A DNA stretch of 64,000 nucleotides, from positions 45,531 through 109,530 of IMG/VR virus record IMGVR_UViG_3300042558_000825, one strand, 5' to 3'. Below, in pieces: positions 1 through 15,000 of the stretch (positions are counted from its first letter, which is position 1; each line of letters starts with the position of its first letter). Under the pieces are notes generated by a model. It was not told where the DNA came from. It did not search any database and saw only the letters and a list, made by a program, of their open reading frames with translations. This DNA comes from a virus. A program made the position numbers and the translations under genes.

Positions 1-3000
1 CAGTTATTACATCTGAAATTGTAATTTTGTTTGTTACGGTACTAATAGTTTTAACATAATAATGAGTATCTGCTACTATTCCACCAAACACATCACCTTG
101 GAATATAATTTGGTCATTTAAAGTAAAGTATGCAACATTTTCACACAATATAGTGTTATCGGTACTATCTGTCTCTGTTGCTATTACATTAATAGGTTCA
201 GTTCCCGGTCTAATAACACCAGATCCAGAAGAACGTGTAGCTGTAAAGTTACAATTTAAATTAATTTCATTAAATCCAGTTACTGTATTAATACGAATAG
301 GGTCAGTCTGACTATTAGATTTTTCTAGTTGATCACCGTTACCTACTTCGTAAACTTCTACCACCAGTGAGTCCCCTGCAGGCAAACTACTAGGTAATGT
401 AATTGTTTTTACCAACCAATCTACAGTGAATGAGGAAGGTGAATATAACCTTGTAGATAATCCAGTTACACTATCTACTTGGAATACTGACAATTGCGCT
501 GGGAATTCAACTAAATTATCAAAGCTAAAAGTTAATTGACCAACTGTTGGTGTAATCTGAGTAGATACTACATTGTATCCAACATGTTGATATGTTTCAA
601 CATCCCAGTTTGTACCTGGACGAGTTGTAACTATCATTGTTAAATTGTCAGATACTACACCAGGTACCAATTCTTCCGGACCATAACCTGACATAAAAGG
701 ATCGCCTTGAACGTCATATATTGTAGGTAGTGTGTCAAATACTCCTACATTAATCCAAGTTATTCCGTCAGCACTTTGTAATATAACATTATTATTACCA
801 GCTATTACAAATTCATTATCAATGTTGTTCCATGTTATGCCATTTAAATTTTCAGTTGTTATATCAGAATCAGTTACATCTGTCCAAGTAACACCGTCAT
901 CTGATGACGTTAGTATTGCACCTGCTTGTCCCACAATTACAAACAATCCTAAATCACTTGAATATGCAACATCTTTTAAGTTGTAACTTCCTGTTCCTAC
1001 ATTTACCCAGTTACTACTATTAATAGATGTAAATATAGTTCCATTGTCACCTACTATGATAATAGTATTATTACCACTAGTTACTCCATATAATGTTTCT
1101 GCCGATCCAAAAGGTGTAATATTTGTCCAAGTTATTCCATCTAGGCTATTTAACACAACGCTTTGAGTTATTGTTGGTATTACGCTGTAGTCCGGACCAT
1201 ATCCTACTGCCACAAATCCATTAAAGTTATTGATAGTTATACCTGAAATACCGTATAAAATAGAACCGTAAAAATTATATACTTCTATCCAATTATATCC
1301 ATCGGTACTAGATACAATATTATTACCAGTAGCAATATATTTTCCGTTTAAGTATGAAACACTATATAATTGTGTACTATCTATAGATACCGTACCGTCA
1401 ACTAAGCCAGTAGTAGCCCAAGATTCTCCGTCAGTACTAATAAAGATAGGAGTTGCCGTGTTAGTAGAAGTTATTATATATTTTCCATTAAAATAACCAA
1501 TGTCAGATAATCCTACCGGTTGTTCTGATAATTTATTAGAAGGCCACGATGTACCATTAACACTATTAATAATTAATGAATATGTAGGCGTATTAGCAGA
1601 GCCAATATAAGTAACTCCATCAAATAATATTGAAGCAGTATCTACTTCTACTGGACTAAATGCTTGGTCCTGTAATATAGTATCTAATGTGTATTCGTCT
1701 GCTGGCGGGAATGCATTACCTTGGTATGTGCTATTTGGATAAGTTATACCTTCTACTAATTGAGTTAAATCTAATCCAGGCATATTAGCTGTTGGTTGAT
1801 AGTAACCCATAATTCTGTCTAACGCATTTAATTTTCTGCTATCGCTAGATAATAATTCCCATTTACCAAATATAAACTCAGTATCATTATTACTTACAAT
1901 ACATTGATAAACTCTGTTATTATATTTGACAATACTCTGATTGAAATAGAATGGTTCTGGTAATAACGTATAATCACCTGCAGTGTATGGGAAATCTATT
2001 CCACTAACTGGAATCTGTAATAAAGGATCACTGTATACTTCACACTCTGTAGCAGATATAACTTTTAAGTAATATTGTTCAACAGTTTCATTTGGAGTAC
2101 CAGCGCAAATTACTGATAATATTTCTCCATTAGTATCTATCGTATTGACAGTCATTACTAAATCATTTGCAGGAGTAGTACCGGCTAATGCAGTTCCTAA
2201 TATAGTTATAGTATTATTAATAGCATACCCTTCTCCAGCATCTGCAATATTTACGCTATAACCACCTAAAACCCAACTTACATCAAATTCAGGAACTAAT
2301 GTAGGTGCCTGTGTCATTGTTACATTAGCTGACGTATCTGTTAATGGGAATTCCCCGCCCCCTAAACTTGCTGATACTTTAATATAAGGTTGTCCTGTAA
2401 TACCCATTGTACCGTTTTCACCGGTTAAATCAACTTCAGTTCCTCCAGGAACATTAGATATTTTAAATTGAGTACTAGTAATTGGTGATACGATTGTATC
2501 TATTATATAATAGGTTGTGTCTAAAACTACACCTCCTAAACCAGTACCAGTAAATGTTACAGGCATTTCATTATAGAATCCCGCTGTACTTGTACAAGTT
2601 AATACATTGCCTGCGCTAGTAGAGGTTACTGTAGTTTCTACTATCCCATTTGCTACAATCCAATAAGTAGTTCCACCAGTCAATCCGCCGTAATTACTAG
2701 CAAATTCTACTGGCATGTTATTGTATATGTTAGTTAATCCACCACTGGTAGTAGTTACACTTAAATAATCACCGTTAGCTAATGCATTATCTATAGTACG
2801 TACTAGTAGATTACTGTCAGTTCCAATTAATCCTGTATATGTAGAAGATGTTGGGTAGAATGTAAACTGTTGTCCTGTAATTTGTCCTGGGCTAACCGGT
2901 AAACCGACATTGCAAATCATTGATCCTGTCGCAGTTGTCAGTTGGACAATGTTCTTTTGGTCTGTACCTAAACATGTGCCGGTTACATTACTAGGGCCAA

Positions 3001-6000
3001 GATTAAATGCTCCTCCATTAATTACAGTAGAAACTTGAAAATTATTACTATCAATTACCGCACGTACATAATAAGTTGTACCACTAATTAAATTACCAAA
3101 ATCTGAAACTACTGAGCCACTAATCACCATGTCAGTAAATATTATTGGGTCATTAATTGATAAGCCCAATGTACCGGTACACGTGATATAATCAGTACTT
3201 GCAATCACGCCTGTTACATTAATAATTAACGGGTCCTGCACTGTAGACATAGTAAATGTGGTACTATTAACTACTGTAGTCACATAGTATTCTTCATTTT
3301 CTATGATTCCACCAAATACACTACCTGTAAAGAATATTGGTAAATTAGTATAGAATCCAGTAGTACCTCCTAAACCAGATCCCGTTAACGGAATTGTTAT
3401 TGTATTTGTTACTGCAGTGGTATTAGTGGTATTTAATATGCCAGGATAGAATAATGTAACAACTGCAGTATTAGTAACTTCACCTACGTATAACAATAGG
3501 CCAGCAGAACTAATTGTAGCAGTATTTAAATTAAATGTGCCTCCACCGATTGCGGCAGATATAGTAATATCAGTATCATTCAATATGGTTTTTACATAGT
3601 ATGTTGTACCATTAACTAATAAACTATTGCCTACTGCACCCTGAAATTTAATTGGCATATCAACATAGAAACCAGTTGTAGGACCAACACCACCTTCATC
3701 AGGAGCACCACCGGTTGAAGGAGCAATAGTAATTATATCACTAGTTCCTCCTGTAGTTGATACTACATTTCTTGTACGTGAGCTCCAATTTAAAGTTTGG
3801 TCATTAGTAACACCTTCTATTTCAAACACTGCACCCTGGGCACTAGCTAAGATAGTATCAATTGATGGTTGAGTAGATTCTAATGTTATACTTGAACTAG
3901 ATATTCTTACTGAATTGTTGTACAATCCTGCATAAAAACTGCCATAGAATTGTCCACTTTGCCAATCAGATAATTCTGAAGTATAACTTGTTCTATCAAA
4001 TCTCAATGCTATTTTATTTTCTCTAATTGGAACTGCAGTTGACACACAGCTAGCTCTTGCACTAATACTTAACAAGTTATTAGAACCAGTACCAGTAGTA
4101 TACAATACAACTCGGTCGGTATCATTGATTGCATCTCTATACGTTGTATATAATGCAATATTAAATGTTGGAGTTGATTCAAGTACATTAACATAGTAAT
4201 ATTGATTAACTTCTAATCCACCTACTGCAGTTGTATCAGTACCTATAGTATATTTTATTAAATCACCAGTTTGTAATAAGGGTAACGGTAATATTATTGT
4301 ATTAGTGAAAGTGTCAACATCGGTTGAGGTAAACGGTAATCCTATAGAAGGGTCAATGACAATTTCTGGTAACACTACATAACCATCACCCGGATCAATA
4401 ACATCAATACGTAATATAGAATCTAAATTCATTACGGCTTGTAATATTGCAGGTCTTCTTGGTTCCGGATATATTGACGTATCAATGTATGCTGTTATTC
4501 TAGGTGGCTCATTATATGCACGGCCGCCATTTAATAACAATACCGCTGGTAAATCAATTGTTATAATTTCTCCCGGAATATGTACAGAAATTGGTGTACC
4601 ATCAACACCGCGTGTTAAGCCAAATAATGTATTATTTGAACGGTCAACTCCTGCATATCCTATTAATTCGTCACCTATTAATATAGTTCCATTAATGGGG
4701 AATCCATATGCATTATCTACGGCAAATGATCCAGAATTCAATGAAATATAAGATGCTAATACAGTGATTTGATAATCATTAACTCCGGTAATACTTAGTC
4801 CGTAATTATTAAACCATTCTTTATACGCACTGGTTTGCCATATAGGGTCAGTGGGTAGATATTGATTAATTGCACTTGGATTACTATATACTAATTCAGG
4901 AGTAATAAATTGTTGTACGTCAGTATTATATTGTGACGGTAAATCAAAATCAGTAATAGTCCCTGCATATAATTCAGAACCTGTATATTTAAATAAGAAC
5001 TCTTTAATAACTACATGATAAGGTTTAACTTCATTAATATATCCTGCCAAGAAATCTTGATTATCTGATCGGAATACTTCTAGTGGTAATAATTCACGTA
5101 TAGTATGGCCAACATCAATAAACGATGTTTTATTTAACCACGGTAAATAATTTTGTGATTCAATTGTTTCACTTTGAATATATTCAAATAATAATACTAA
5201 ACTTTTGTTTCTATAAAGCAATAACTCATTGGTATAAATTTCTTCATTTAATGCTCTTACAATACTACGAGTTTCCTGCGATGGATATGTATCATACGGA
5301 GTGGTGTCAAAGAAATTATCTCCGAATCCTAATCTAGCAGTTGAATAATCCCACAAGTCACTACTAAACTCAATAGTGCCATCTTGTAGACCTATACGTT
5401 CCCACATATTTAAATTAGTATAAACATAGACTTCAGATTTACCATCACCATTAGTAGTGACAGTTACAATTAATCCTGGCGTTGCATCTATTGTTGCTAA
5501 ATCAGCATAGATAGGAACCTGTAGTGCTGATTTGGTGTTATTATCATATCCAGTAGCCCACCAATTAATATAATTCCAATAATCGGTTGTATTATACTTA
5601 GCACCTTCAGCAAATGCTAAGAATGATGCAGTACCTGTATTTCTACTAGAGCCGGTTGCTGGTCCAGTAGCAATAAACGTGATACCTGCAGTATTACTTG
5701 CGGCGCCTATACTAGTCCAGTTTACATCTCCTACAGTTACAATAGTATATGTTACATTGGCTTGACAATTGCCTGCAACAATGGTTTCTATAATTGTTGG
5801 GTTTTGTGTATTTAAGAAACTAGCATTTCTTGTTTCAGTAATAGGATATTGTGCTAATACATCATTAGCGTATGTCAAATAATTTTTCAATGCTAAAAAT
5901 CTATTAACAAAGAAACTTTGTCTTGGTCTAGCATAGATACCGTATTGTACTGGTTTCGGTAGATACGGATCAGGAACAACACCGCCTGATTCATCTACTC

Positions 6001-9000
6001 CGCACAAACTATCTAACATTCTATCATACAACGATTCAGGAACATCCAATCCATTAGTAGTAGGTAATCCTGGTAAGAAGTCATCCGCATAGTTAGTACG
6101 AATTAAGTTATATAAACTATGTGAAACATCATCATTAGTTCCGGTTGAAAAACCAATATGTAATACGGTATCATTTGCATTGATATTATCACCGCAATTA
6201 TATAATCCATATATATCTTGTTCTAGTGGTGCAAAATAACTAATCCCAGAGTTAATAGGAGAAGCAATATATGATTGAATAATACTATCTGCTAAAGTTT
6301 TTCCTGTTTTAGTGAATATAATATTAGTATTTCTAACCCAATAGTAATACACTGGAGTCAGTACACCGGAAGCATTTAAGGTGTATTCAATTGCATATGA
6401 CTCTACATCAAACACAGTGCCTGGACCAGCATAACTTATAGGAGGAACATCACTTGTTATCCAACTGTATACTGTTACATCACTTCCTGGGAATACTTGA
6501 CCCCACCATTTGCTATCATATACTATATCATTTTGATGGTAATTTACAAATCGTGTAGTACTTGTATTAAACCATATTTGTCCAATTTGTACTGCTCCCC
6601 AAACCATTGCACCCTTATTAATATTAGGACTATTATAACCAGCTGGATCAACATTAGATATCACATCAATATTTTGACGTACAGATCCTAATATTTTACC
6701 TTGCAATGGGTCAATATAATCTAAATTGTCTAATGTGTTATTGGTAATTGCACTATATAATTGTATGTTTTGAATTCTATTGGTATCAACAACCGGGTTT
6801 GAATTTCTATACACACTCCAATCAGGGGTACCTGTAGCATTAATATATGTTATAAGTTGTCCTGCAATAGTATCTGGTTTAAAGTTAGGTGTCCCGATAA
6901 CTACATGTGATGCGTTAAAATCTATTGCATGTCCAAACATTGGCTGACTGCCATATGTTTCATTAATATCATTAGTACTCTGTGCATATACAAAATTACC
7001 ACAATTTGCTAACGATTCATTATATACTGACAGGTAGTCAAACATGTATACCGCACCAGCATTTCTATAAGTATCAACCCATTGTGTAGCATTGTTGTCA
7101 AACAGTGTGTCATTGTCATAATCTTCGTCATCGGTAGAATCAAATGTTGTCGCTTGATAACGGGTTGCTGTTGGTGCACTTACTACGAATGAATTAAATT
7201 CATTGAATTTAACCACATTACCAAACTGAGTAGTACCTTGTATATGTGGGTCGGTAATAATTTGTGTTTGTGTATAAGTATTAAATCCTAATTCTGCCCA
7301 CGTAGATGTATTCAATACAGTAACATTAAGTTTATCATTAACTGATGCCAATGCAGTATTTATTAAGCTAATAATTAACTTGCCTGTAGGGATCCCTAAA
7401 TTATCTAATTGCTCAGATGCTTGTACATTAGTAATATTTGCTTGATTAATTATATTAGCAACGGTTGATGCATTGCCTGCAGTTAATGTTACTATATAAC
7501 CATTAATTAAAATAATCCTAGTAGTGGTAATTGCACAATCTGATGTACCAATAATCATACCGTACTTGCCACCACCGTTAGTGTAGCGATAGACCGCACC
7601 TTCTTGATTTTGACTGTTTAATTCAAAAGGAGCTCCAACTAATATTTCAGTAGCATAGGTGTTTGTGTCAACACTATTACCAAACTGTACACCAATTTTA
7701 GGTGTTGTTTCAGTAGTAAGAGTTTGACATAATACAAAGTTGTTACCACTTACATTGATGATATCACCTGCATTTAATGAGCTGTATACATATAATGTTG
7801 AATCTATAACTGCATAATTGTTATCAGTAATTATAGTACCATTAACAGTAATTAATAATGGTGTTATTTGTATTGAGCATGTCATGCTACCGGTAGAAGA
7901 TGTTAAATTAATAGGAACTACTGAACCTCTAGATGTTGTGATTCTAAATGTAGTGCCTGTTGGTTTATCAAGTATATAATACACTGTATTAGCGGAAATT
8001 GCTCCACTAGATAATAGTCCGGTTGAATTAGCTGTACCTGTTCCTGTTCCGGCACCGGTAGCTACAAAAGTTTGACCAATTGTGTTAGCGGATGCACCTA
8101 TTGCTACAAAATTAGTAGTGCCAACAGATGTTATTGTATACGTTTCTCCTATTGCAAAATATCCTGCATTAGTGCCAGTAGAGAAAACAACAGGATCTCC
8201 TACACTAAAACCAGCTGAACTAGTTACAGTAATTCTTTCAGTTGATCCGTCTATAGCAGTAGCAGTTTGTGTTACTGTAGTAGGTGTCCAAGCTAATGTA
8301 AACGTTTGCGGGACATCTGGCAAACTTGTAAATTGTGATTCAACATTTTGTACGGTTCTATCGTATACATATGTGTAGCCCCAGTTTTCAATTGAACCAT
8401 CATAGTTTTTATCAGGTGTACCGATTACTACTGTGTCACCATAATAATCTGTTGCAATAGAGTAACCAAAGTTATCATCATTTGTTAAGCCCAAATTAAT
8501 AGTTGTAGAGTATTCATATTCTTCTGTGATAGTTGAATAACGATACACATATACTAAACTAGTAGACGATGTTACTGCTGATATATATAACCAATTAGCG
8601 TCGCCGGAGATAGCAATTGCTTTACCCCACTCAGTTACACCAACTGGAGCAGCTATAGCAGATTGTAATGACTGTAATTCATCAACTGTTATACTAACTA
8701 CTAATTGATAAACATAAACTGCAGGAGTACCTGTAGGTTGTGATATAACAAATATATCATTTGCATAAGCAATAGTTGTACCAAATGAAGATGATGATGT
8801 AATTGTTTGTAGCAACTCATATCTATCAAATAGTGTATTATATGAATAACGGTATGCAACTCCTGCGTCGGCATCACCAATTAAATAACCCAAGGTGTCA
8901 GTATACGCTACTGCACTACCAAACGTTTCAGAACCGTTTTTAATTAATTCTGAATCATAGCCGTAATTAATACTTTTGCGATATACTGCCCAATCGCCAT

Positions 9001-12000
9001 CATTATTTGTATCTACCCAAACTTTGGTTTTAACAAATTCTGTGTTCAATAAAGGTAAATCAATAATATCATTAGGAGTCGCTACACGTTGAGATTGGAA
9101 TTTAAATCCAATACCCTGACCAAATATAGAAGTGATTGACGGAGCCAATGTTACATTAACCAATACACTATTCAAATCAATTACTGTATTAACTATATAA
9201 TATCCGTTTAAACTATCATTAAAGTTAACAACTGCAAATGGTTGATATTTTGTCAATCCATGAGGATTATTAAATGTTATGGTAGCAGTGCCATTTAAAT
9301 TGTTTTTTGCAAATATTACTTGACCTAAACTAACCGGGGTCATTACTTGCCAAGTACCTTGATAATCGGCTAACCAAATATATTGCCCTACATATAATTG
9401 TGATAAAGGTGTCAACACACCGCGTGGTGATGTGCTAGTTGGTAAATTAGTATAATAGTATGCCGCAATACGCATATCATTAAAGTTAGCATAGCCTGCA
9501 TCTGGTAACAAATACGAAGGGGTATTAGTAGGTAATAATGGCAGTACGTCTGTACTATTTACCGGACGTCCATAATTATATAAACTATATAATGGTACTT
9601 CTTGTTGTACTCCATCAGTAGATATTCCGTTAGTCAACCCAACAATACTTGGATTGCCTGTTAATAGTGATTGATTTAATTTAAAATCAATAAAGTTGCT
9701 ATTCAATACACCGCCAAATTCACCTGACTTGATAGCCCAGTTTTCATATATATCATAATCAATACCACCCTGTGGTAAATTAGCTCCCTTAAATGCACTG
9801 GCTGCATTTAATGTTCCTTTGTTTTTAATAAAGTTTTTATAAACATTAATTTGTGTAATATCAGTCAAATCTGCAAGTGCTAGATAATCACGTGGACGAT
9901 AACCAATCAAACTAAAACTTAATAGGTCTGCATCATTTTCTAAATTAGCACGATTTACATCATAATAAATTGTGCTTTCAAACGAACGTGTGCTTGTATT
10001 TGGTAACAAACCTTTTTGTATTTCGTTGTAATCTGTTTGCTTCCACTCACGTTCCTCAAACAATTGTTTAGGTTGTATAATAGTAGTAGCAATCCAATAT
10101 TTGTTTTTATATTTAACTATGCTACCTGTTGTATATTTTACTGTTTTATCCCAATCAAGTATGTTATCTTGATTTAAAATAAATCCTTGAGCATCAATAG
10201 TACCGTTCCATTCTGCAGTTTTTGTTCCTCGTACAGTAATGCGGCTTTGTCTTAATCCTGTTGCTAAATTATAAATTACATCGTCAAATACAGTAACGTT
10301 GTCAAAAACAATACCATGTTCAAAATTACTAATATTAAATTGTCCATAGGCAATAGTATCACCTTGGTTTAATGGTTGTGCTGTGAATGCAGTACCGTCA
10401 CGTATAATACTCAAATCAGTACTTTGTATTGGATATAAGTTTTGATTTAGTACAAAATTTTGTCTCTGTAATGTTAATGGTTGTACAATATAACTATCTT
10501 TATTAATAGAAATTAGAGTAGCGGCTGGATTGATGTTAACAATACTTCCAGACTCCCATCCTGTTTGCGCCCAATATAAGTATTCGGCAACCATTTGTCT
10601 CCAACTAACTTCTAACCCAGATTCAATTTGGTCAAACAATACACCTTGACTTGCCAAATATCTGCCATATCCTTCTAAGAACTGCGCTACTTCTTGTATA
10701 GTATAAAATTCAGTACCATACGATACAACTGTTGGAGTTGTATAATAATCTTTAGCTAACTGAACACTCAATCCCTGAACTGATACTCTGTCATAATTTC
10801 CATTTATTTTAGGTAGTAATATTTTAAAATATGCATTAGTTTGACTATTACCATATACTTTATAATAACCGTTATTTGTTAATTGTATTACTACGCCACT
10901 GTATGTAATACGGTCAAAGGGTTGGTTATCATATAGCAATACCTGATAGCTTTCATCAGGAATTAATAAACTACTGTTATTGCTATTTGCTGTAGATTTT
11001 TCAACATAAAACTTTAATAAGTTTTTATCACTAAAGCCAGCAAGTCTATAAACTAATCTAACATCAATGTTGTTTAATAAATCACTAACATTATTAGTTG
11101 CATCAATGCCTACTTGTTTTTCATAATCAACTACCCAATTAATATAACTTGTTTTAGCAATACCGTTGCCGTAAATTTGTACATCACTTATTATTAAATG
11201 ACTACGATTATTTACCAAATACTGATTAAATTCTTCGTTGTATTTGTAATTATCAACATCAACTCCTAAATTAAAGAAGTTAGCCGGCTTTGTTAATGCT
11301 AGTATACGCATTAAATCAAATGGCCAACTACTACTTCTACGATAACTAAATTCTGCAGGGCCAACATCACCGACTACCCAATCACGGTTAAGTGTGTTGT
11401 TGCTATAATTACCTACAATAGAAACAAAGGGTGATACTAAATTACCCTGACTATCTACTGGTAATACTTGTAATAATTCTGGACGAATTGCTTGGGTAAT
11501 AACAATTGGATTACCATTATTCCAATCAATACCCTGTGCCAAATCATTCCACAAAACTAAGTTATCGCTAGTATACGGAGCAGAACCATAACGTGTTGCC
11601 CACCATGATGGTTGGTCAGTAAAGCCTAACATTTCCCATGGACTAGTATCTGGATTACTAGTATCATAGAAATATTCATATATACCTCTCCAATACCCCT
11701 GTAGAATAACTTGTTGGTTTATCTTGTTACCAGTTTGATTATAATTATAGGTATATTCATTATTGGCATTATAGAACTGAGTTTTGTAATTGATTCTATT
11801 TTGTCCTACCCAATCTAAAAAGCTAGATGAGTAAATCTGTAAAATTTCGTCATAACTATAATCAGTCTCTCTAAAGAACCCTGGTAATACTTCATATTCT
11901 TGTACAGGAATAACATTACTTAATTTTAAGTTATTGTATACACGTTTCTCATACTCAAACAATACTTGGTCTCTAAAATCAATTAATATGCCGTTAATGT

Positions 12001-15000
12001 AATCACCATATAGTTTATTATATGAACCATCATGCCCTACAATAAAATATGTTGGTTGAGCGTAAGCAGAATCTAATACAACTGCGGGTATAGTTGATGG
12101 ATATAAACCTAATTTAGTAGGAGTATTTGGAACATAACTACCATATGTTTGATTATATTCTTTAATAGTGATTTGATCACCTGGATCCAAATCTAATGTG
12201 ACAGTTAATGATGGTGTATCTGTACTTACTGTATAATCAACTCCGCGTATTAATTGACTAATTATTCCGGATGTATTAGTTAAGTAAACCAATACACTAT
12301 TATAATTAGCCGTAGCAAAATTATATACTTTACTTAATGGATATATACTTATATCTAATGCATTTGCAAAACTGTATGTATTGGTGATATATGCCGCTTT
12401 TGATGGCAACATATCACTCCAAAAGAAACTATTACTATCTGTTTTTGAAGCAGTAATTTTATCTAATGCATCATCTAACATAGTTGAAGGAGATAATCTT
12501 GTACTAAAATCAGTAGAATTAACTGTATCAATTAATAAAGTTTTAAAAGTAATGTATTCTCTACTGTTATATAATAACGCATTGAATAGATTATGACTCT
12601 GTTTACGTAAAAATGCACCAGGTAACACTAAACTTGCGCTATTCTGAATAATCTTATTACCATATGGTACCATATTACCTAAATCACGGTAATTGTTTGC
12701 ACCAAATACATCACCAGTTGTGTTTGGATTATTGTAAAAGCTACTCTGATATTGACCACGAATATCACCTACATTAACTACCGTAATATCTGCATTCAAT
12801 GGGTTATTGTTTAAATTAGAAGGTATACTATAATATGCAGTTTCACTTACCTGATCACTTAATAATAATATTTCAACTACAGTATCTACTAATGGGTCAG
12901 GCACTGTGAAGGTTACGATTGTTTGTGACGATGTGGTTTCTACTGTATAGGCGGTTGAATATTGTATTTTATTGTTTACAAAAAGTTGTATAGTAGGCCA
13001 TGCACTATCTGTATTTGCTAGTTTAGCAATATCACATGTATATGTTGTTACAGGATTATTAGCATAGTAGTTAAATTCAAATATTTGGTATTGTACACTT
13101 GGTCCTACTGCTGTTTGCCATCCTAATTGTCTTACCGATGTTGTCAAGTCAGAATAATTATAAATATATCCCGTGTTAACTTTTTGTGTAATAGGAGTAG
13201 TACCACTGACATAGTTGAATGTTGCAGAATTAAGTGATGTGTCAAAGCTAATATCACCTACATTATCAATAGAACTATACAATAAAGGGAAGCCCAATAT
13301 TGCATCATCATTTCCCGATCCAATACCATATGCAAATAGTTTATTACCTGCAAATGATGTACCAATGTAAACGGTGCTATCACCAAAACTTATTCCGTTA
13401 TCATCAAATATATCAAATAAAGGTGGTTGATTTACTGTCGTTTTTTGTTGAGCTTCTTGCCAATCAACACCATCAAAGTAAAAATCCATACCTTGATAAT
13501 TATATCCTCTGAATGCAACTGTTTGCTCATTTGCTAAAACAAGACCATCATCTGCCTGTGTTAATGTAATTACTGGACTATCGCCTGGTATTAATGTAGA
13601 AAATCTAACAATATATATTTTATTTCGTATGTTTAGATTTTCATCGGCTGCAAAAACAATTCTTGCTCCGTCAAACACTGCATAACTGTCATTATTAGTA
13701 TCGTTGGCAATTAATGATGCCACTGCAGTAGATCCTATTGTTTGCGAAAATTCCCACTCTACTGTTAACGTTATAGTTGTTGTTCCTGAAATATTAGTAA
13801 TTTGAGTATTTCTTGGAAGAATATTTGTACTATCGTTTATATATTGACCAATTTGAAATGTGCCAGGCCCAGTTTTTGAGAACACATTACTTGCAAGTAT
13901 AGTAATAGTTGTGCTAGTACCAGTAGTACCGTTGATAGTGGCATTATATCCAGTATAGACTTCAACGTCAGGATAATAATTTTCTTGTCCTGCTACTTGA
14001 TTAGGAGCATCTGTTGTGCGAAAATCAATAAAATCTATAGGTGGTTTTCCAATAATACCCGAATCAAACATTCGTAGATTAGGATAAAATTCAATAATAG
14101 GACGTTTAGCTTTATTGTCCGAGGTAGCATAAAGGGATATTAATTCCGGATTACTATTGTATGATGCTGTTGCATTAATTACGTCAATGTGAAACCATCT
14201 ATTACTACGAGACCATGCGTTTTTATCAATACTATTTCTTGAAATAGTAATATAATCTGGTGTGACAGGTATGTATAAATTTATATCATAATTACCTATG
14301 TCATACGGGGTTGTGTCAAAGGGAATATAAGTACCAGATGTAAATGGTTCTGGTGCTATCAAATCTGTCACTGGAATTAATTCTATTGCAGTACCAACTC
14401 CTTCTACATAAAATCTAGTACCTTCATAACTTGAAGGATATATATCTCCGGAGAATATAACTTTTAATCCATTAGTAAATACTACACCATTTGGTGCTGT
14501 GTAGTTTTGTTTGCCAATAATGTCTGTTAATACATCAATACGATTAGTAGTGTTACTAGAAATTAATCTAATTTGTCCTACTTTATTACCTGAGGTACCG
14601 TCTTGATAATATAAAGTATCAAGTATAGCACTCATATAAGGTATTAATGATACAGTGTCGCTGGTATTTCTATAAAATGTTCTACCAATCCATTCTGTAC
14701 CAAAATTAGCAGTAATTTTTTCTTCAACAGGAATAGTACCGGTATTAACTAATCTAATTACAGGGTCAGTTGGATCACCTTCATAGGTAATTGTATAAAA
14801 AGTAGCTGATATATCTGTGTAATATCCACCTTCTGAGTTTGCAAAATTTGTACTATCACCAGGCGGAGTATACGGTGCGCCCCCTACAGGAAATGTAACT
14901 GGACCGCTATTAGTACTAACTGTTTGTGTCCCTGAACTTGGTGTTTCTTCATCATAGGTTGTAGTATCAAAGAATTTTGATATATATCCAGTTAATACAA